Source: an uncultured Anaerolineaceae bacterium (GTDB lineage: Bacteria; Chloroflexota; Anaerolineae; Anaerolineales; E44-bin32). Taken from it: 32,667 bases of DNA. Every line of letters starts with the position of its first letter. Within the stretch, counting starts at the first letter, position 1. The translations under genes were made by a program, and so were the position numbers. The notes under the pieces are model-generated. The model had not been told where the DNA came from. It saw nothing but the letters and a program-made list of their open reading frames with translations, and made no database searches. Below are positions 1-8,216 of this stretch, one piece after another. The stretch is taken from assembly GCA_964549025.1 (NCBI GenBank), contig CAZJUE010000005.1, positions 1 to 32,667 on the forward strand, given 5' to 3'.

Positions 1-1
1 G

Positions 2-67
2 GTCGGCCCCGGCGGGCGGGAAGTCAAGGCGCTGACCGCGCAGCTGCTGGAGGCGTTGCTCGCCTGA
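2..67 (+). CDS. 3' end of an unidentified CDS (partial, VGPGGREVKALTAQLLEALLA*)
   Basis: Open frame from the window edge to TGA at 65-67 with GC3-rich codons; converges on the transglutaminase gene. Confidence 0.5.
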   Translation, partial: VGPGGREVKALTAQLLEALLA

Positions 68-130
68 GCCCGGCCTGACCGGCCATGCGGCACAGCTGGG
101 TCGCGATCGATGGTTAACTGCCGCGCCCGG

Positions 131-2410
131 CTACGATCGTCGAAAGACGACGATCAATCGCGCCAGCCACAACCGAATCCGTAGCCTGCGCCAGGCGCGC
201 TGTGCACTGGCACGATCTTGCGCACCAGGCAAATCCGGCGCATAGGCGGCCGCCAGGTGGCTTTCGATCAACGCGGTCGCGCTTTGGGTGGCAGGGTGGA
301 GAAGCTTGGCTGGCACGTCGTCCGCGGCAGCTCGCTGGCGGTATGCGGCCAGCAGCTCGTGCGGCGTGAGGCCGGGGTGCAGTGGCTCTCGCAGCCGGCG
401 CAGGGCCGCGAACAGGCGGCTGTAAAGCACTGCGATCGCTCGCTCGGCGGCGAGCCGCCGCAGACGGCGACTATCCCAAAGCGACCACCCCAGCAGCCCG
501 AGCAACGCGGTAGAACCGACCCCGGCCACGACCCACAGCGCGGCCTGGCGGAACAGCGCCAGCCGCCGGGAGCGGATTTGTTGGGCCAGCCGCGGCTGCT
601 GTACCTCTGGTTCGGTCGCTGCGAACCGTTCCGCCGGCCGTTCGATCGCCGGACGGCCGGCGGTCGGTTCGAATTCCACCCAGCCGATCCTGGGGAAATA
701 CAGCTCCACCCAGGAGTGGGCCTCGGCCTCGGTCACCGTGAAGCGGAGCGTGCCTTCGGTGGACTGCGGTGTGCCGCTGGCGTATCCCACCACCAGCCGT
801 GCCGGCAGCCCGGCCGCGCGGGCTAGCACTGCCATCGCGCTGGCATAGTAGTCGCAATAGCCGCGGCGCAAGTCAAACAAGAAGTACTCCACTACGTCAC
901 GATCGCTTGGCGGCGCGGGGATCTCCAAGGTGTAGGGAATGTCGCGCAGGTAGCGCTCCAACGCCTGCGCACGGTCGAATGGGGTGGCAGCGGTGGCGGT
1001 CAACTCACGCGCCAGCGCAGACACGCTTGAGGGCAGCTCCGAGGGCAGATCCAGGTAGTTCTCCAGGACGTAGTCCGGGTAGTCGGTTCCGCTCTGACGC
1101 AGCTCAGCGACCGTAACTTGCGGGAGCAGCGACTCGATGGCGTAGCTGTCCTCCGCCAGGGTGGCGGCGAACAGATCGCGGCCGAGTTCGCGCCAGGCCA
1201 ATTCGTAATCCTGATCGACGGTGATCAACTCACCGGCCGAGTACGCCAGACCGCCCAATTCGCCCACCGCCTGCACCTGCTGCTGAATCAGCTGGTGCCG
1301 GCGCGGGAGTTCATCGATCAGTGCATGCCCGGCTCCGAAAGCTTGCACGGCCAGGGTGGTGGTCTGCCAGCCACGACCGTTGTAGCGATTGTAGGTCAGG
1401 GCGCGCCACCGAAATTGGGTGGCTTCGGTGCCTACGGGGGGATTAGTGAGCGTGACGTTCATCACCACCCGCTCGGATAGCTCAGGCCCAGCGCCGATCA
1501 GGTGTCGATTGGGCAATCCGGCGATCAACATCGGCTCGAAGCCGGTCCCGGGTCGCGAGGCCCGGTTCAAGCCCAGCCGATCTGGTAGACCGCCGTTGAC
1601 TGCGACCGGTCGTCCCCTCGCCCGCCGGCTGAGCTCCCGCACCCCTTCAATCGAAAGGTCCGGGGCGAAGGAGGCCAGCACGACCAGCGCTAGGCTCACC
1701 GGCAACGCCGACCCCGCCAGCGGACCGAGCAGGCCCTCTGGATGAGACACCCGCTGGACGGTCCAGCGTCGTTCCCGGTCGGCGTGGGCCACGAATGCCA
1801 GCAGCAGCAGCGAGAAGCTCAGCGGTGGCAGCAGGTAGGCGTGGCTGCTGCGGGAAAGGTAAAGCGTGGTCCCCAGCAGTGCCAACGCCGGAAGCGAAGC
1901 CAGCAGCGGCCGGGCGCGTCGCCAGGTCCACCAGGCTGCCCAAACTGCCGAAACCCAGAGCAGCACCGACCAGCCGAAGGCGCTGGCGATCGGGTCTATG
2001 GCTGCCCCGCCTGAGACCAGGTCCGCCACCCAGGTTACCGTGCGGACAAGGATTACCCGATAGCCGTCGAGCAGCGTCTCGAGAGCCTGCAGCACGGAGG
2101 CAGTAGAGGCTTCGGTGGCCGGTGTCAGCAAATCGACCGCCAACCTAGCCAGGCCGTCTGCCAGCCGCAGGTACTCGTCCCCCAGCCGGCCGACGTGTAG
2201 ACTGATCAAGCTCAAACCGATCCATCCGGCCAGCCCCGCGGCAGGCACCCCGGCCTGACCCGACTGGACCAGCAGCCAGCCCAGCGCCAGCGCCAGTACG
2301 ACGATCAACGTCGAGCTGGCTCCCTCCAGCCCTTGCGCGATGCCGGTGAGACCAGCGGACACGGTCCACATCAGGAGCAGCAACAGGGCCGCGGTCCAAC
2401 GATTGCGCAT
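131..2410 (-). CDS. Membrane-anchored transglutaminase-like protein (TgpA/DUF3488 type)
   Basis: Multi-TM N-terminus; catalytic motifs GYCDYYASAM, AHSWVE, FEPT; C-terminal TM; lies downstream of MoxR and DUF58. Confidence 0.9.
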   Translation of the reverse strand: MRNRWTAALLLLLMWTVSAGLTGIAQGLEGASSTLIVVLALALGWLLVQSGQAGVPAAGLAGWIGLSLISLHVGRLGDEYLRLADGLARLAVDLLTPATEASTASVLQALETLLDGYRVILVRTVTWVADLVSGGAAIDPIASAFGWSVLLWVSAVWAAWWTWRRARPLLASLPALALLGTTLYLSRSSHAYLLPPLSFSLLLLAFVAHADRERRWTVQRVSHPEGLLGPLAGSALPVSLALVVLASFAPDLSIEGVRELSRRARGRPVAVNGGLPDRLGLNRASRPGTGFEPMLIAGLPNRHLIGAGPELSERVVMNVTLTNPPVGTEATQFRWRALTYNRYNGRGWQTTTLAVQAFGAGHALIDELPRRHQLIQQQVQAVGELGGLAYSAGELITVDQDYELAWRELGRDLFAATLAEDSYAIESLLPQVTVAELRQSGTDYPDYVLENYLDLPSELPSSVSALARELTATAATPFDRAQALERYLRDIPYTLEIPAPPSDRDVVEYFLFDLRRGYCDYYASAMAVLARAAGLPARLVVGYASGTPQSTEGTLRFTVTEAEAHSWVELYFPRIGWVEFEPTAGRPAIERPAERFAATEPEVQQPRLAQQIRSRRLALFRQAALWVVAGVGSTALLGLLGWSLWDSRRLRRLAAERAIAVLYSRLFAALRRLREPLHPGLTPHELLAAYRQRAAADDVPAKLLHPATQSATALIESHLAAAYAPDLPGAQDRASAQRAWRRLRIRLWLARLIVVFRRS

Positions 2411-3732
2411 CAGCCGACCCGCTCCCAGCGGTGCTCGCCCGGCTGCACGTCCTTCCAGGGCCTGTGGCGTGGCTCTGGAAGATTCAGCAGGTTGCGGGAT
2501 ATGGCGTAGTGCCGGACGGACAGCGCAGCCAGGTGTGCGAGCGTCGCTCCCAGTTCGCCATCACCCCCGAAGCTGCGCGGATCGAGCAGCAGCACGGTCG
2601 GAACGGCGCCGGCCTGGACTAGGGGCAGCAGCGGCGCGAGCCATTCCACACGGGTGGAAGGCGTGACGATCACCAGGCTGGCCGGTCGGCCAAAGCCGGA
2701 CCGTATGCCCCGCAATAGCTCGGACAGCTGGTTGGATCCGGCTTCGGCCAGCGTGAGGGCTCGCAGAATTTCCCAGCGCTGGGCTGGCCCGGAACGCGGC
2801 GGCAGCCACACCCAGCTCGACTTGGCCCCGTGGGTGATCAGCCCCACCGCCCGACCGGCCTGCAGCGCCCGATCGGCCAGCGAGGCGGCGATGATGATGG
2901 CATGTTCCAGCGTGGAATCAGACCCGCTCCCGACCTGCACCGATTGATCAAGGTCCAGCACGATCCACCAGCTGCCGGAGGAACTGGTGTCGAATCGGCG
3001 AACGTATAGCGCATCGCGGCGCGCCGAGGTCGGCCAGTGAATCCAGCGCAGGCTGTCGCCAGGCCGGTAGTCGGCCACCCGGCCGGCGCTGACGCTCTGC
3101 ACCAGCGCGTTCTCTCCGGCCGGGCCCTGCTCCAGCGTGCCACCGGCAGCGATCCGAATCTGCGGCAGGGCAACGATCTGGGGCATGACCAGCAGTGAGA
3201 CCGCCGCCGGGTCATGGACCTCTACTGCGTACAGCCCGAACGGGTCGCCGGACCGCAGGGTGGTGGGCCCCAAGGTGAACAGGCCGCGGCGACTGCACAC
3301 GAATTCGCTGTGCCAACGATGCGAGCTGTCGCCCGATATGCGGGTGGCCCGACGGATGGTCAGCCCAGGCATCGTCGAGTGGTCGACCAGCTCAAGCCAC
3401 ACCGCTGGCGCCCAACGGTTGTTGAACAGCGTAAAGCGCTCCAGCAGGGTGTCGCCCACCTGCCGCCAGCCGAAGCGGGTCTCGCGCTGCAGGCCTAGTC
3501 CGGCGGCCAGCGATCGGGCCCACAGGTAGCTGATCAACCACAGACCGGCCAATCCGATCAGCAGCACGCTCCAGCCGCGGTACGGGATCAGCAGCTGAAG
3601 CAGGATCAGCAGCCCAACCAGGCCAGGCACCAGCCGGTTCTGCAGGTGAATCGATCGCTGCACCTGCTGTTCGGGCACTTCGCTAGCGCTCAGCACCGCA
3701 GGCACTTCGCTAGCGCTCAGCACCGCAGGCAC
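2410..3732 (-). CDS. DUF58 (vWA-like) domain protein
   Basis: RRGLFTLGP, GDPFGL, YRPGDSLRWIHWPTSARR, VLDLD motifs. Start is ambiguous because three in-frame GTGs (3732, 3705, 3678) fall inside a 27-bp repeat. Confidence 0.9.
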   Translation of the reverse strand: MPAVLSASEVPAVLSASEVPEQQVQRSIHLQNRLVPGLVGLLILLQLLIPYRGWSVLLIGLAGLWLISYLWARSLAAGLGLQRETRFGWRQVGDTLLERFTLFNNRWAPAVWLELVDHSTMPGLTIRRATRISGDSSHRWHSEFVCSRRGLFTLGPTTLRSGDPFGLYAVEVHDPAAVSLLVMPQIVALPQIRIAAGGTLEQGPAGENALVQSVSAGRVADYRPGDSLRWIHWPTSARRDALYVRRFDTSSSGSWWIVLDLDQSVQVGSGSDSTLEHAIIIAASLADRALQAGRAVGLITHGAKSSWVWLPPRSGPAQRWEILRALTLAEAGSNQLSELLRGIRSGFGRPASLVIVTPSTRVEWLAPLLPLVQAGAVPTVLLLDPRSFGGDGELGATLAHLAALSVRHYAISRNLLNLPEPRHRPWKDVQPGEHRWERVG

Positions 3733-3748
3733 TTCGCTAGCGCTCAGC
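3674..3748. repeat. 27-bp tandem repeat, about 2.8 copies (GGCACTTCGCTAGCGCTCAGCACCGCA)
   Basis: Identical units at 3674-3700 and 3701-3727, partial unit at 3728-3748; spans the moxR stop and DUF58 start. Confidence 0.95.
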
Positions 3749-4738
3749 TGGAGGCACTGGAACGCGCTGAAGCGTGTCTTGCAGGATCTGGCTACGGCTT
3801 TGTTCGCGTAGGCGGGCCTCCGGCGACAGCACGAAGCGATGCCCGACCACGCTCACCAACAGCGACTTTACATCGTCTGGCAGGATGTGGTCCCGACCCT
3901 CGATGGCGGCTTTGGCCTGGGCAGTGCGGTACAGGCTCAGGCTGGCGCGCGTGCTGGGTCCCACGGTGACATCTGGGTGCTCACGGATCGCCCGCACCAG
4001 GCTGACGATGTATTCACGGCCTGCCTCCGACACGTGGATCTGCGTGACGGCCTGTTGGGCGCCCGTCAACTGATCGGCTGTGGCGACCTGCTCAAGCTGC
4101 TCCAACGGATGCTGGAGCTGCTGGTCGTCCAGGATGCGCAGCTCGTCCTCGAATTCGGCGTAGCCCAAGTGAATGCGCATCAGGAATCGATCCAGCTGTC
4201 CTTCCGGCAGCGGGAAAGTGCCCTCGTACTCGAGCGGATTCTGGGTGGCCAGCACCATGAACGGTGCCGGCAGCGGGTGGGTGACGCCGTCGACCGTGAT
4301 CTGGCCCTCACCCATCGCCTCCAGCAGCGCAGCCTGGGTTTTGGGCGTGGCGCGGTTGATCTCGTCGGCCAGCACGATCTGGGCGAACAATGGCCCCGAG
4401 CGGAACTCGAATTCGCGGTTGGCCTGATTGAAGACGTTCACGCCGGTCAGGTCGCTGGGCAGCATATCGGGCGTGAACTGCACCCGGCGGAATGAGCAGC
4501 CAATCGAACGGGCCAGGCTGCGGGCCAAAACCGTCTTGCCTACCCCAGGGACATCCTCGATCAGCAGGTGGCCGCGCGAGAGCAACCCGACCAAAAGCGC
4601 CTCGATCGCGGCGGCCTTGCCGACGATCACCCGCTCGATGTTGGCGGTAAGTTGTTGGGCGAGGGTGTTGACTGCGACGGCGTTAATGACCTCGATCAGC
4701 GGCTCCTGCCTGTACCGCCTGCGGTGCTTGCGGTACAT
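3737..4738 (-). CDS. moxR: MoxR family AAA+ ATPase
   Basis: EDVPGVGKT Walker A, RVQFTPDMLPSD, LADEINRATPKTQAALLEAM, ATQNPLEYEGTFPLPEGQLDRF. True start may be downstream of 4738. Confidence 0.93.
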   Translation of the reverse strand: MYRKHRRRYRQEPLIEVINAVAVNTLAQQLTANIERVIVGKAAAIEALLVGLLSRGHLLIEDVPGVGKTVLARSLARSIGCSFRRVQFTPDMLPSDLTGVNVFNQANREFEFRSGPLFAQIVLADEINRATPKTQAALLEAMGEGQITVDGVTHPLPAPFMVLATQNPLEYEGTFPLPEGQLDRFLMRIHLGYAEFEDELRILDDQQLQHPLEQLEQVATADQLTGAQQAVTQIHVSEAGREYIVSLVRAIREHPDVTVGPSTRASLSLYRTAQAKAAIEGRDHILPDDVKSLLVSVVGHRFVLSPEARLREQSRSQILQDTLQRVPVPPAER

Positions 4739-4759
4739 CCGGACCGAGAGTCTAACAGG

Positions 4760-5233
4760 TCAGAGGTCCTGCAACTCCAGCGAGGTGGTGATCTCCACGC
4801 AATCGCGAATGGTGCGCGCCACCGGGCAATTCGGTAGATGAAAGCGATGCGCTCGCTCCGCCGCTGCGCGCTTCTCTGGATCCAGCTTCAAGGTGTAGCT
4901 GACGTGAATGCGCCGGATGACCAGGATCTTCTCGTCAGTCTCGATCTCGCCGACCGCTTTTGCAATTAGCCGGTCCTCACCGGCTGGGATATCGCGCGCT
5001 TCCAGCGCGCCGCCTAGCGTGCCGGTCAGTCAACCGGCGGTAGCGGCCACCACGTAGTCCAGCGTGGTCGAATGCTCCGGGTGTTGTCCGGGTTGATGGC
5101 CGTAATATTCGGCGATCTCCGAATGGGTGCTGACGTAAAAGCTCTCACCCTCGACCGGCAGGGTGATGATGCGGTACGAACCTTTGAGGCGTTTGACCTG
5201 TACTTTGGAAACGTACACCACCGGATCCGACAT
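4760..5233 (-). CDS. OsmC/Ohr-like peroxiredoxin, probable selenoprotein (157 aa, UGA/Sec at codon 68)
   Basis: SD AAGGAGG before ATG 5233; frame reads ...DYVVAATAG-[TGA 5030-5032]-LTGTLGGALEAR...IRRIHVSYTL...HLPNCPVARTI...LQDL* (stop 4760-4762). TGA sits where the first OsmC Cys is expected; CPV is the second Cys motif. Confidence 0.88.
4976..5029 (-). promoter_or_regulatory. Putative bacterial SECIS element
   Basis: Directly 3' of the UGA: upper stem GCGCGCU/AGCGCGC closing a G-containing loop (GGA, +27 to +29); lower stem ACCGGC/GCCGGU (+4..+9 with +46..+51). Confidence 0.7.
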
Positions 5234-5306
5234 AGCACCTCCTTGTTCAGCTACCAATTGTGAATACCAACTGCCACGCGGGAGCGGCGCCTGGTCCGGG
5301 CACAAG

Positions 5307-6155
5307 TCAGCCCTTGACCGCTCCCATTGTCAGCCCGGACACCAGGCGGTCGAGGAAGAAATTGTAGGCGATGGCCACCGGGATGGCGATGATGATCGCC
5401 GCCGCGACCAAGGACTGCCAGAAAAACACATCGCCGCGGATGAGCTCGGTGGGGATACCGACGCTGATGGTGCGCTGGTCTGACGCGGAGACGAAGGTCA
5501 AAGCGTAGATGAACTCGTGCAGCGTCAGCGTGAAGGTGAACACGATCACCGCGATCACACCCGATCGCGAGAGCGGCATCACAACCTTGCGGAACGCTGC
5601 CAGCCGGCTGTAACCGTCGACCAGTGCCGCTTCCTCCAGGTCGCGTGGGATGGTCTTGAAGAATCCCATCAAGATCCAGGTGGCAAAGGGAATGGTGATG
5701 GTGGGATATACCACCACCAGCGCCCACAAGGTGTTGTTGAGATTCAACGCCACCACGATGCGAAACAGCGGGATGAAGAGCAGGGTGGGCGGCACCAGGT
5801 AGACCAGGAAGATGCCGATTCCGGCTCGTTCTCCCCAGCGGCCGGTCAGCCGCGCCAGACTGTAGCCGGCCGGAATCGATATGGCCAAGGTGATCAGCAC
5901 CACCAGTACGCCGATTACCGCCGAATTTCGGATGAACACCAGGTAATTGGTGTCGAAGAACAGCAAGCGCAGGTTATCCAGCGTCGGGGGCAGGTTGAAC
6001 AGGAACGGATTTCCGAGCTGGCGGTACAGGTCGGCGTCGTCCTTAAAGGTGGTAATCAGCATCCACAGGAAGGGAAAGGCGGTGAAGGTGCAGAAGGCCA
6101 CGATGGCCGCCAGCAGCAGCGGTCGGCGCGCCCAGCGACGCAGGGTGGCGCGCAT
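5307..6155 (-). CDS. Carbohydrate ABC transporter permease (MalG-like)
   Basis: EAA loop IPRDLEEAALVDG; multi-TM. Start moved to ATG 6155 (MRATLRR), which overlaps the upstream TAA. Confidence 0.92.
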   Translation of the reverse strand: MRATLRRWARRPLLLAAIVAFCTFTAFPFLWMLITTFKDDADLYRQLGNPFLFNLPPTLDNLRLLFFDTNYLVFIRNSAVIGVLVVLITLAISIPAGYSLARLTGRWGERAGIGIFLVYLVPPTLLFIPLFRIVVALNLNNTLWALVVVYPTITIPFATWILMGFFKTIPRDLEEAALVDGYSRLAAFRKVVMPLSRSGVIAVIVFTFTLTLHEFIYALTFVSASDQRTISVGIPTELIRGDVFFWQSLVAAAIIIAIPVAIAYNFFLDRLVSGLTMGAVKG

Positions 6156-7090
6156 TACACCACCTCCACTCGCCGTATGGTGCGCAGCATCAATATGGCC
6201 ACCGCCAGCAGCACCGGGAACAGAAACAGCGAAATGGCAGCGCCCTCCGCCAACGCGCCGCCGTCGATCCCCTTGTACCAGGCCCACACGGGCAGCACCT
6301 GGGTGTAATACACGGGTCCGCCGCGGGTGAGCACGTAGACCACGGTCATATCGGTCACGATAAAGATGATGCCGAATAGGGTGGCGATGGCCATGATCGG
6401 CATGATCAGCGGCAGCTTGATTCGCACCAGGATGCGCCAGAAGCTGGCGCCGTCCACTTCGGCTTGATCGACCAGATCTTTGTCGATCGAGGTCAGCCCA
6501 GCCAGCAGGATTACCGTGGCTAGTGGCAGGATCCGCCAAACGTGCACCGCAATCACCGACCCCATGGCTAGGAATTCCTTGCCCAAAAAATGCATGTGCG
6601 CGCCCGGACCGAACACCGTACCGGGTCCCAATAAGTTCAGCTGCTCGAGGACGTAATCAAGCGGGCTGAGCGTGCTATCCAGCAACCACAGCCAGCCAAT
6701 GGTGCCCAGGCTGATTGGTGTGGCCCACGGCAGCAGAATCAGCAGTCGCACCAGCCATTTGCCACGAAAGTCGGCGGCGAGCACCACTGCCAGGATGTTG
6801 GCCAGCACGATGATGATCGCCTGGGCCACGATCGTTATCACCAGCGAGTTGAGCAGCGCCCGCTGGAATTGAGGCGTACGGACGGCATTCTGGAAATTGC
6901 GCAGCCCGACGAAGTCGATGCTGGTGTCGCCCACGGTAACGTCGCTCAAACTGAATGCGATGGCCAGCACGAACGGAACCGCTACCAGCGCCACGATGTA
7001 TAGCACCGCCGGTGCAAGGAAGGCCGGACCGAGCACCTCCTGCCGGTCAGTCATGCGAGCCCAAAACGAGCGACGGGATGCGGTTTCCAT
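6155..7090 (-). CDS. Carbohydrate ABC transporter permease (MalF-like)
   Basis: FVGLRNF, LPWATP, LAGLTSIDKDLVDQAEVDGAS, LTRGGP motifs. Confidence 0.93.
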   Translation of the reverse strand: METASRRSFWARMTDRQEVLGPAFLAPAVLYIVALVAVPFVLAIAFSLSDVTVGDTSIDFVGLRNFQNAVRTPQFQRALLNSLVITIVAQAIIIVLANILAVVLAADFRGKWLVRLLILLPWATPISLGTIGWLWLLDSTLSPLDYVLEQLNLLGPGTVFGPGAHMHFLGKEFLAMGSVIAVHVWRILPLATVILLAGLTSIDKDLVDQAEVDGASFWRILVRIKLPLIMPIMAIATLFGIIFIVTDMTVVYVLTRGGPVYYTQVLPVWAWYKGIDGGALAEGAAISLFLFPVLLAVAILMLRTIRRVEVV

Positions 7091-7093
7091 CGA

Positions 7094-8128
7094 TCAGCCG
7101 GGCCGCGCCTCGGTGCGCAACCCTGACTCGGCATCGAAGTAGCGCAGCTGCTGCTTCTGCACTGAAAAGTCGTAGACCTGGTTGGGCTGGATCGCGATGG
7201 CGTGCTCGGAGGACAGTCGTGCGATCAACGGGGTCTCATCAGTCGCACCTTCTAGGGTCCCATAGAGCAGCTGATCCGCCCCCAGGTACTCTGCCCGGTG
7301 CACCCGGAAGCTGAAGATCTCCAGTTCGTTTCCGTTGTCGGCGGCCTCTACTGGAACGAATTGCTCAGGCCGGAAGCCGACCAGGATCTCATTCTGCTCC
7401 ACCAGGTTCATGCCAGGTGAACCCAGGAAGGTGGCCACAAAGGTGTCGGCCGAGTCGTGATAGACCTCCTGTGGGGTGCCGATCTGCCGGATGGTGCCGG
7501 CGTTCATGACGACGATGCGGTCTCCCAGGCCCATGGCCTCCACCTGATCGTGGGTGACGAAGATAGTGGTGATACCCAGCCGGCGCTGAAATTGCTGCAG
7601 CTCGTCGCGTGCCGAGGCCCGCAGCTTGGCGTCCAGGTTGGAGAGCGGTTCGTCCAGCAGCAGCACCTCGGGAACTTTGACCATCGCTCTGGCCAATGCC
7701 ACCCGCTGTCGCTCTCCGCCGGATAGCTGCCGCGGCTTTCGATCAAGCAGCGGCTCGATGCCCAGCACCCCCGCCGCTCGCCGTACGCCTCCGTCGATCT
7801 CTTCCTTGGATAATCCGCCGTGCGCCTCGAGCGGGAAGGCGATGTTTTGGCGTACGGTCATGTGTGGATACAGGGCGTAGCTCTGGAACACCATCGAGAT
7901 CCGCCGATCGCGCGGCGGCAGGTCGGTCACCCGGTTGTCATCGATGAACACGTCGCCAGCGGTCGGCTGTTCGAGCCCGGCGATGGTCCGCATCAGGGTG
8001 GTCTTGCCGCAGCCCGACGGGCCGAGGATGACCAAGAACTCGCCCTCGCGGATCGCCAGGTCGACGCCGTCGACCGCCCGCACATCGTCGAAATGCTTGA
8101 CCAGGCCGGTAATCTCGACTACCGCCAT
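7094..8128 (-). CDS. Sugar ABC transporter ATP-binding protein (MalK/UgpC-like)
   Basis: GPSGCGKT, VFQSYALYPHM, LSGGERQR, DEPLSNLDAKLR, VTHDQ. Confidence 0.95.
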   Translation of the reverse strand: MAVVEITGLVKHFDDVRAVDGVDLAIREGEFLVILGPSGCGKTTLMRTIAGLEQPTAGDVFIDDNRVTDLPPRDRRISMVFQSYALYPHMTVRQNIAFPLEAHGGLSKEEIDGGVRRAAGVLGIEPLLDRKPRQLSGGERQRVALARAMVKVPEVLLLDEPLSNLDAKLRASARDELQQFQRRLGITTIFVTHDQVEAMGLGDRIVVMNAGTIRQIGTPQEVYHDSADTFVATFLGSPGMNLVEQNEILVGFRPEQFVPVEAADNGNELEIFSFRVHRAEYLGADQLLYGTLEGATDETPLIARLSSEHAIAIQPNQVYDFSVQKQQLRYFDAESGLRTEARPG

Positions 8129-8153
8129 CTTTGCCTCGGGATCAGTTTGGGGA

Positions 8154-8190
8154 GGAGAGGCCCGCCAAAATGAGCGTGGCCGGCCTCTCC
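8154..8190. other. Intercistronic stem-loop after the solute-binding protein gene
   Basis: GGAGAGGCC (8154-8162) and GGCCTCTCC (8182-8190) form an inverted repeat; such hairpins often stabilise SBP mRNA in ABC operons. Confidence 0.55.
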
Positions 8191-8216
8191 GGGTCGTCAG
8201 TCGTGCGTAGTAGGGT

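Noticed and set aside
3674-3748. CRISPR-like array
   Set aside because: Units are directly adjacent with no spacers, and there are no cas genes in the window.
5030-5305. Track ORF of 91 aa starting at 5305
   Set aside because: The strong SD points to ATG 5233 and the frame continues through the UGA to 4760.
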